From: Planctomycetota bacterium
GTDB lineage: Bacteria; Planctomycetota; PLA2; JAEUHO01
Assembly: GCA_050248855.1 (NCBI GenBank)
Contig: JBFWRP010000008.1
Span: 120,867-184,866 of the forward strand
Direction: 5' to 3'
Length of the DNA: 64,000 bases
Shown: positions 57,804 through 64,000 of the stretch, piece by piece
Position numbering within the stretch: position 1 is the stretch's first letter
How the letters are laid out: the number at the start of each line of letters is the position of its first letter
Made by a program: the position numbers and the translations under genes
Notes under the pieces: generated by a model
Told to the model about the DNA's origin: nothing
What the model saw: only the letters and a program-made list of their open reading frames with translations
The model's database searches: none

Positions 57804-58372
57804 GAGACGGGGAACAGCCCCTGCTCGGCCTGCACGTTGTGGATCCACGTCTTCGTCAGCTCGTCGCCGTCGGGGTACGTGGCCGCGGCGCCGCACGCCG
57901 CGCACAGGACCTTGCAGCCGTCGTCGGTCTTCCAGCCGTCGGTCGAGCCGCACGCTCCGCAGGCCTCGGGCAGGTGCTCGAGGATGCCGCCCACGCTTTG
58001 TACGAGCACCTTGGGCGTCACGAACGAGGGCACCTCGTCGGCGTCGAGGCCGCCCTTCAAGCCCGGCTGCTCGCCGAGGTACATGCGCAAGAGCTCCGCC
58101 GCCGGCTCGGTGATGCGGCCGTCGCGATCGATGGCGACGCCTTCGCCGAGCTCCTCTTCGACGTGGTCGAGCAGCAGCTGGGTGGCCAGCTGGACGCCGA
58201 AGGTGCTCTCCAAGCGGAAGTTGATGTCGAGGAAGTCGATGGAGGTGGCGCCCAGGGCTTTCACGATGGGCTTGTCCAGGTCGATCGTCGCGGCATCCTT
58301 GCGCAGCGTCGCGGCCAGGGCTTGCCGGACCTCCTGCTCGATGCGCTCGCGGGTGACCGGGGACTTGGACAT
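57800..58372 (-). CDS. Acyl carrier protein with C-terminal CxxC..CxxC zinc-ribbon-like extension
   Basis: LGATSIDFLDINFRLESTFG (Ppant Ser); CGACG..CAACG. Confidence 0.85.
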   Translation of the reverse strand: MSKSPVTRERIEQEVRQALAATLRKDAATIDLDKPIVKALGATSIDFLDINFRLESTFGVQLATQLLLDHVEEELGEGVAIDRDGRITEPAAELLRMYLGEQPGLKGGLDADEVPSFVTPKVLVQSVGGILEHLPEACGACGSTDGWKTDDGCKVLCAACGAAATYPDGDELTKTWIHNVQAEQGLFPVS

Positions 58373-58495
58373 GGAGGCTCCTCGGGGCTCCCTTCCGGCC
58401 TCCTGTACGGAGGTAGTAGGGGTGCCCAAGCGGATGGTCTACCCGTGCCACGCGAGCCGGTCCACCTTGGCGGCCCCTCCCGGGGGGCGCGTGGA

Positions 58496-59278
58496 TCAGT
58501 CGCCGCGCAGGTGGCGGTTGGAGAGCCCGCGGTCCACGACCAGCGTCTGGCCATTGACGCCACGGGAGGCGGGGCCGGCGAGGAAGGCCACGGCGTCGGC
58601 GACCTCCTCGACGGTCACGAAGAGCTCGTCGGGCAGGCGGTCCACGGACGGCCAGATGCGCCGCAGGGTCTTGAAGGCGTCCGTCTTGACGAGGCCGGCG
58701 CAGATCGCGTTGCTGCGCACGCCCTTGGGGCGCAGCTCCTCGCCCCAGTGGCGCACCATGGCCTCCATGGCGGCCTTCATGGGGCCCAGCGGGTACTGCG
58801 GGCTCATGGCGCGGCTACCGAGGCTGGACAGGAACACGATGCGACCGCCGTGCTGCTCGAGCAGCGGCAGTGCCCTCTGCACCAGGAACACGTTGCCGAG
58901 GAAGTTCGTGTCGACCAGTTGGCGCAGGTCGCGCTCGAGCAGCCGCCAGCTCTCCTTGAAGGGCGCCCGGGCGGCGTTGAGCACGAGCACGTCGAGGCGG
59001 CCGAACGCCTGCCCCACGTCCTCCAAGAGCTTCGTCACGGAGGCCTTGTCGGCGATGTCCGCGGCAAAGCGCTCGGCGCGGCGTCCGCGCTGCCTTGCCC
59101 TTGCGATCAGGGCCTGCGTGGCGTCATCGCCCGGGCCGGACTCTTGCCGGCCGTGCAGTGCCAAGTCCATGCCGAGGTCCAGCAGTCGCGACGCGATGGC
59201 GTGCCCGATGCCCCGCGTGCTGCCCGTGACGAGGGCGACCTGGCCCGCGAGGTCGTCGGAGGCGGTGTGCTCGGTCAT
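58496..59278 (-). CDS. SDR, probable enoyl-ACP reductase (FabL-like)
   Basis: TGSTRGIG, VLNAA, SSLGS..YPLGPMKAAME, GLVKTDA. Confidence 0.75.
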   Translation of the reverse strand: MTEHTASDDLAGQVALVTGSTRGIGHAIASRLLDLGMDLALHGRQESGPGDDATQALIARARQRGRRAERFAADIADKASVTKLLEDVGQAFGRLDVLVLNAARAPFKESWRLLERDLRQLVDTNFLGNVFLVQRALPLLEQHGGRIVFLSSLGSRAMSPQYPLGPMKAAMEAMVRHWGEELRPKGVRSNAICAGLVKTDAFKTLRRIWPSVDRLPDELFVTVEEVADAVAFLAGPASRGVNGQTLVVDRGLSNRHLRGD

Positions 59279-59299
59279 GGGCGGGAGCCTACCGCGGGC

Positions 59300-59577
59300 C
59301 GTGTACGTTCACCCCCAGGGGTGCGGACGTGCGGCTCGCCAGATGCTCGGTCCCGCCCCCGCATCGGCTCCCGCGCGCCGCTAGCCTCGTCGAGTCCGTT
59401 CCACGCTACCGCGCGGACTCGGTGCTCCGGCTTCGCCTCCGCAGCAGGGGTGCTGGTTCCGCACCACCCCTGCACCCCTCACGGCCCGCGACGACCCGAT
59501 CCGTGGCGGTCGCGCTCCGCTCCGAGCGGCATCCATGCACGCTTGACGGCTGGTTGTCGGGTAGGTGAACGGGTTCC
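59300..59577 (-). mobile_element. MITE family B, longer diverged copy
   Basis: Both arms match 49409-49622 in reverse complement (GTGCGGACGTGCGGCTCGCCAGATGCTCGGTCCCGC; GCTCCGAGCGGC..GGTGAACGGG). Confidence 0.75.
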
Positions 59578-59698
59578 GCGGAGCGCGGGTCACGGCGTGG
59601 GTGCATCGGGTGTGAAGGGCCTCCTGGGCAAGGGTCTCCTGCGGGAGCGAGGCGAGTACGATCCGCCGCTCGCCCGTCGGGGCCCGGAGGGAGCACGC

Positions 59699-60841
59699 AT
59701 GGAGGTCGATCTGGTCACGCGCAAGGTGGGCTCGTGGAAGGGCCTCGACCGCCTGCTGCGCCGCATCGAGAGCGGCGACGAGCTGCGCCCCGACTGGATC
59801 GAGCTGAAGGCCGACGTGGACCCGGGCGCGCTTCCCAAGAAGGCCTGGGCCGACTGGCTCCTCCGTCTGCACGCCGGCGTCAAGCGCGGCCTCAAGACGC
59901 CGCATCTGAAGATCAAGGGCCGCCACAAGCACCTCGCCTTCTGGCAGCAGACCGCGCGGGCGGGCTTCCACGACTTCGTCGACGACTGCTGGATGAAGCC
60001 CTACGACGCGCCGTGGGTCACGGACTTCGACTACATCCGCAGCTACCAGGAAGGCGGGCTTGCGGGCTTGGATGCGTACGGCACGTACTCGGCCGTCCTG
60101 GGCACCTGGGAGTACGGCGTCGAGGACTTCGTCCACACCGAGCTCGCCAGCGACGTGGAGACGATCGTCGAGCCGCTCGCCGGGACGGCGGAGTTCAGCT
60201 ACCAGGGTCACTTCCGCCACCCGCAGATGTCGTACGTGATGTTCGACCTCGACCCGGACGCGAAGAAGCTGGTCGAGGGCCGCCGCTGGCTCGAGGGCAC
60301 CGACCGGACGTTCTTGCTGGGCAACGCCCTCGGTGAGGACGTCTGGATCGACGTGCGCAAGGCCAGCAAGGGCAAGTCGCTGGCCTACATCGGCAAGCAG
60401 AGCCAGAACTTCTTCGATGCCAAGGACCTGTTCCGGATCCTGCAGTGGGGGACGAAGTACGCCGACCATCTCGTGCTCGAGGTGAGCGAGCCCTACGTCG
60501 TCGAGGACGAGCCCACCATCGACGACCTGACGCGGCGCGAGATGAAGGCCGTGGGGCTCAACGTGGCCCTCGAGGACCTCGACGACGTCACCCCGAACCC
60601 CTTGACGCACCACATGAGCTTCGACCTCGTGGCCTGGGACGACAGCGACCGTCGTACGCTGTTCGAGTACCACGACTGGATCGGCTGGCAGCCGGCGGCC
60701 CTCTCGGCGCTCGGCAAGCTGCTCGACCTCGACATGCGCTACTTCCACAGCGGTGAGTGCGAGTGGCTGCCGCTGGAAGAGGGCATCGAGGACAGCGACG
60801 TCCGCGAGAACAACTCGTTCATCATGTTCTCGCGGCCCTGA
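59699..60841 (+). CDS. Hypothetical protein, possible class I SAM-methyltransferase-like fold
   Basis: Strong coding codon usage; TIVEPLAGTAE, MFDLD, LLGNA in Rossmann-like order. Confidence 0.6.
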   Translation: MEVDLVTRKVGSWKGLDRLLRRIESGDELRPDWIELKADVDPGALPKKAWADWLLRLHAGVKRGLKTPHLKIKGRHKHLAFWQQTARAGFHDFVDDCWMKPYDAPWVTDFDYIRSYQEGGLAGLDAYGTYSAVLGTWEYGVEDFVHTELASDVETIVEPLAGTAEFSYQGHFRHPQMSYVMFDLDPDAKKLVEGRRWLEGTDRTFLLGNALGEDVWIDVRKASKGKSLAYIGKQSQNFFDAKDLFRILQWGTKYADHLVLEVSEPYVVEDEPTIDDLTRREMKAVGLNVALEDLDDVTPNPLTHHMSFDLVAWDDSDRRTLFEYHDWIGWQPAALSALGKLLDLDMRYFHSGECEWLPLEEGIEDSDVRENNSFIMFSRP

Positions 60842-60914
60842 ACCGGGGGCAGGCCCGGCCTACAGGCCGGCGCCCCCTGGGGTCGATAGGGGCGGGAGCC
60901 GGAGCCCCCCTGCC

Positions 60915-61817
60915 ATGTCGATCCACGCCCGCCGCGAGCCCCGCCACGTCTACAAGGTCCCGGCCCGACTGGAGGGCCAGGAGGGTGCTGCCGTACACGG
61001 CATGACCCAGGACTTGAGCCGCCGCGGCGTACGGCTGCGGCTGCGGCTGGACGCCCTCTGCCCGCAGGCCCCGCGCTTTGCGGAGGTGCTGGAGAGGATC
61101 CGCGAGGGCTACGGACGCCGTGCCTCGATCGTGCTGCCGGGGGCGGGCCCGAGCTCGAACCGCACGCTGGCCAAGGAGGCCATCGTCGTGCGGCTCGTCA
61201 GCGAGACGGACGGCCCGGAAGCCATCGACGTGGGCCTGCTGTTCCTGGACCCGCTCAGCGAGGAGGAGGCCGCCCTGCTGGGCGCACCCATGGGCGTGGC
61301 CATCCCGGGCGAGGATGCGCCCGACCGCGCGGAGACGGACTGGGACCAGGTGGCCCAGGAGCCCGCCGGCCCGCCGCAGCGCACACCGCGACTCATCCGA
61401 CGCGGCGCCACGCCGGGCGTCGCCGCGAGCGGCCGCCACATGGTGTCCAGGCCCAAGCAGCGCCACAAGGCGCGCCTCGACTCGCTTCGGCCCGGCGGCC
61501 GCAGCCAGGACGGCTTCACCGAGGTGCTCACGTCCGAGGCCGTGCTCGTCCGCCTCAAGGGCGCCGCCGTCGACGTGCACGGCGACATACGTCCGCTTCC
61601 CGAAGTGGCCGCCAAGTTCTCCGAGCTGTACGGCGAGCGCGTCCGCCTGAGCCTGGGCGGCGGCGGCGGGACCGAGCCGGTGTGGCGCGGCTGGGGGCGC
61701 CTGGGCGGCTTCGAAGCCGCACTCGATGATCCGGCCGACATCATCGTGATCGTCGCTCTCGAGCGTGCGATGGACGCCGAGACGCGGATCCGCGTCGGCC
61801 TCGACCAGCCCGCCTGA
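60915..61817 (+). CDS. PilZ-domain protein with a second degenerate PilZ-like domain
   Basis: RREPR (RxxxR) and DLSRRG (DxSxxG); second unit RPKQR..VLTSEA. Confidence 0.7.
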   Translation: MSIHARREPRHVYKVPARLEGQEGAAVHGMTQDLSRRGVRLRLRLDALCPQAPRFAEVLERIREGYGRRASIVLPGAGPSSNRTLAKEAIVVRLVSETDGPEAIDVGLLFLDPLSEEEAALLGAPMGVAIPGEDAPDRAETDWDQVAQEPAGPPQRTPRLIRRGATPGVAASGRHMVSRPKQRHKARLDSLRPGGRSQDGFTEVLTSEAVLVRLKGAAVDVHGDIRPLPEVAAKFSELYGERVRLSLGGGGGTEPVWRGWGRLGGFEAALDDPADIIVIVALERAMDAETRIRVGLDQPA

Positions 61818-62205
61818 CGGCTCGCCGGGGCTCGGCGGCGGCGGCGCGCGTGTCGGCCTTGCGTGGGAAGACCACGCGGCGGCCTGCATCGCTTGCCGGC
61901 GCCCTCGCCCGGGCGACCCGTCACGACGCATGGGGAGTGGGCGAACGGCAGGGTGCCGTGCGGTCGGCGATCGCCGCTGGCAGGGCGAGGCGGGACTACC
62001 GCGAAGGGGGTTGGGTGGTGTGTTCTCCGCGGAAATCGCGAGCCTGGGGTCTGCACCCGTGATGCGGTGCCGCATGAGCGGCGCCGCGGGCGCGGGGTCC
62101 ACCCCCCGGGCGGACGCCCCCCGTCGCACTCCGGGCCCAGACCCCCGTGCCAGGGTCGCTTCGCTCCCAGGCACGTGATCAGGGCCCTGCGCGCGCGAGC
62201 GGGCC

Positions 62206-63018
62206 CTACTTCTTGCGCGAGCCCGTGCTCTTCTTCTTGGCGGCCTTCTTGGGCTTGGCCGCGGCCTTCTTCTTGGTGGCAGCCGCTTTCTTCTTCGGCG
62301 GGCCCTTCTTGGCGGCCGTCTTCTGCTTGGGCGTGGCGGTCTTCGTCTTCGGGGCCCTCGCCGGGGTGTCGGCCTTCGGAGCCTTCTTCGCCGGAGCCTG
62401 CCTCGGAGCGGCGTTCGCGGACTTGGCCGCCTTCTTGGCAGCCCGCTTGGCGGCGCGCTCCTGGGCGGCGCGGCGCTTGGCCTTCTCGGCGCGGGCCGCG
62501 CGGATCGAGGCCACGGCTTGGATCGTGGCCTCGGGCGTCGTCGTGCGGGCCTCCTCGGGCATCGGCTTGGCATCCCCGTGGTCGAGGGCGGCGCGCGCCC
62601 GGGCCAGTCGACCGTCCCAGATCTCCGTTTCCCCGCGGCGCGCGTGCATCCAGTCCTTGTCCCGGAGCTGGGCCGCCAAGTGGCCGATGACGCTCAGCTG
62701 GTGACGCACCGTCATGCCCGGCACCGAGGCGCTCGGGATGTCGGGCCACGTGCCCGGGGTGCGCGGCGGGGGCACGTCCGGCGGGTACGGGTCGCCGTAG
62801 CCCGGCACGGGAGGCACGAACAAGGCGGCGTAGGCCTGGTGCACGCGTCGCCGCCACTCCTCGCGGCGGCTTCCGCCGTGGAAGCCCAGCTGCCTCATCT
62901 CCTTCGCGATCCACGCGACGTAGTCCAGCAGCGCGCGGGCCGTCTCGCCGGGGCGCGACTGACACTCCACGTCGGGCCAGGGCAGGGGGACCTCTTCGGT
63001 GTTTCCGCTCGTCACCAT
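62206..63018 (-). CDS. Hypothetical protein with Lys/Ala-rich histone-H1-like tail
   Basis: C-terminal AKKAAK / PKKKAAATKKK repeats. Confidence 0.75.
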   Translation of the reverse strand: MVTSGNTEEVPLPWPDVECQSRPGETARALLDYVAWIAKEMRQLGFHGGSRREEWRRRVHQAYAALFVPPVPGYGDPYPPDVPPPRTPGTWPDIPSASVPGMTVRHQLSVIGHLAAQLRDKDWMHARRGETEIWDGRLARARAALDHGDAKPMPEEARTTTPEATIQAVASIRAARAEKAKRRAAQERAAKRAAKKAAKSANAAPRQAPAKKAPKADTPARAPKTKTATPKQKTAAKKGPPKKKAAATKKKAAAKPKKAAKKKSTGSRKK

Positions 63019-63185
63019 GGGGGGGGAGGATCCGGGCCTGTCGGGTCAAAAGCAAGGGATCCCGCGCGCTCCGCTAGGCTCTGGCCATTGGCGGTGCGCA
63101 GCAGATCGGACGCGCCCGCACGAGAGGGCTCGCCTCGTTGCGGGGCGCCGGTTGTTCGTCCGATGTCAGGCGTCTGGAGGCACCC

Positions 63186-63746
63186 ATGGAGCGTGTAGGC
63201 ATCGATGTGGAAGCCGGTTCGTGGCGCATCGCATTCCAGGGACGTCGTGGCTTCTATGAGCAGTGGATCGAGCCTCTCGTGGAGTCCGTCCTCGCGCGCG
63301 CCGAGCGTGGTGCCGCGGCGGACGGCGCTGCGGACGAGGTGGGGGCAGCCGCTCCCTTGGCCGCCAGCGCTCCCCCCGCGTTGCCTGCGGCCGCCACGTC
63401 CAACGGGGCCGCGAAGCCCGCGGCCGATGTCTGGAAGCCCCAGGCCCCGGCCCAGTTCCACCAGTTCGTCGCCCAGGTAGGCGACCGCGCCAGCAGCACC
63501 GACAAGAAGGTGATGGCCTTCGCCTTCTACCTGTGGAACTACGAGAAGCGCGAGCAGTTCGACACCGCGGAGGTGAAGCGCTTCTTCCGCACCGTCCTCG
63601 ACGAGTCGGGCGAGGACGTGCCGCACGTCCTCGAGGAACTGGCGCACCACCGCGGCTTCCTCGACACGGCCGGGATCGACGGTCCCTGGTCGCTGCGCAA
63701 GAAGGGCGTGGGCTTCGTCAAGGCCCGGCTGCTCGGGCAGCTCTAG
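63186..63746 (+). CDS. Hypothetical protein
   Basis: GGAGG RBS; coding-like codon usage; possible winged-helix-like C-terminus. Confidence 0.7.
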   Translation: MERVGIDVEAGSWRIAFQGRRGFYEQWIEPLVESVLARAERGAAADGAADEVGAAAPLAASAPPALPAAATSNGAAKPAADVWKPQAPAQFHQFVAQVGDRASSTDKKVMAFAFYLWNYEKREQFDTAEVKRFFRTVLDESGEDVPHVLEELAHHRGFLDTAGIDGPWSLRKKGVGFVKARLLGQL

Positions 63747-63918
63747 GGTCTGTCTGCAAACGCCTCCTGCTGCGGCCACCGCGTCTCTCGCTGCGCCACG
63801 GCCCAACTCGAATCCGGGTCCTCCACGGTCAGGAGACCGCCTCCGGCCCGGATTCTCGTCGTGCCTGTGGCTCGCTTCGGCCCCGGCGCCCTCGCGACGA
63901 AGTGTTTCCAGACAGACC
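63747..63918 (+). mobile_element. MITE family A, intact copy
   Basis: 172 bp; TIR GGTCTGTCTGCAAAC / GTTTCCAGACAGACC (1 mismatch); flanked by CTAG and CTCG. Confidence 0.85.
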
Positions 63919-63922
63919 CTCG

Positions 63923-64000
63923 GGTCTGTCTGCAAACGCCTCTTGCTGCGGCCACCGGGGCTCTCGCTACGCCACGGCCCAACTCGAATCCGGGTCCTCC
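63923..64000 (+). mobile_element. MITE family A, tandem second copy (runs off window)
   Basis: Near-identical to the start of 63747-63918, separated by CTCG. Confidence 0.85.

Noticed and set aside
49403..59583. Bona fide composite transposon carrying the FAS cluster
   Set aside because: Outer flanks do not share a target duplication, and the left element has its own TSD
61820..62200. Structured ncRNA or tRNA-Sec in the long intergenic region
   Set aside because: No cloverleaf, T-loop or recognisable riboswitch consensus by eye; an Infernal/Rfam scan would be needed

Overview
GC-rich bacterial window; the gene repertoire is Planctomycetota-like (inference only). Left to right: 3' part of a kdp operon (kdpA-kdpC-kdpD-kdpE, no kdpB between A and C); three tandem exported prenyltransferase-repeat/HEAT paralogs; a zone of decayed genes; a 2Fe-2S/class III cyclase; a CNNM/CorC transporter; a multicopper oxidase whose 3' 504 bp are duplicated around a DUF4062-STAND-FGE gene; a TPR-SLOG-like-cyclase plus TIR gene pair (candidate nucleotide-signalling defence system); several lipoproteins; an McrBC-like pair with an unusual Cys/His N-terminal domain; a CorE-like ECF sigma copper operon; a ten-gene type II FAS/PKS-like operon; and two MITE families. 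The strongest signal missed by the ORF track is two adjacent genes (49638-50033 and 50042-51031), each split by one in-frame TGA at a Cys-equivalent position and followed by a GGUC-loop SECIS-like hairpin. They are probable selenoproteins lying directly downstream of, and on the same strand as, the FAS/PKS operon. All family assignments come from motif recognition by eye, not database searches.
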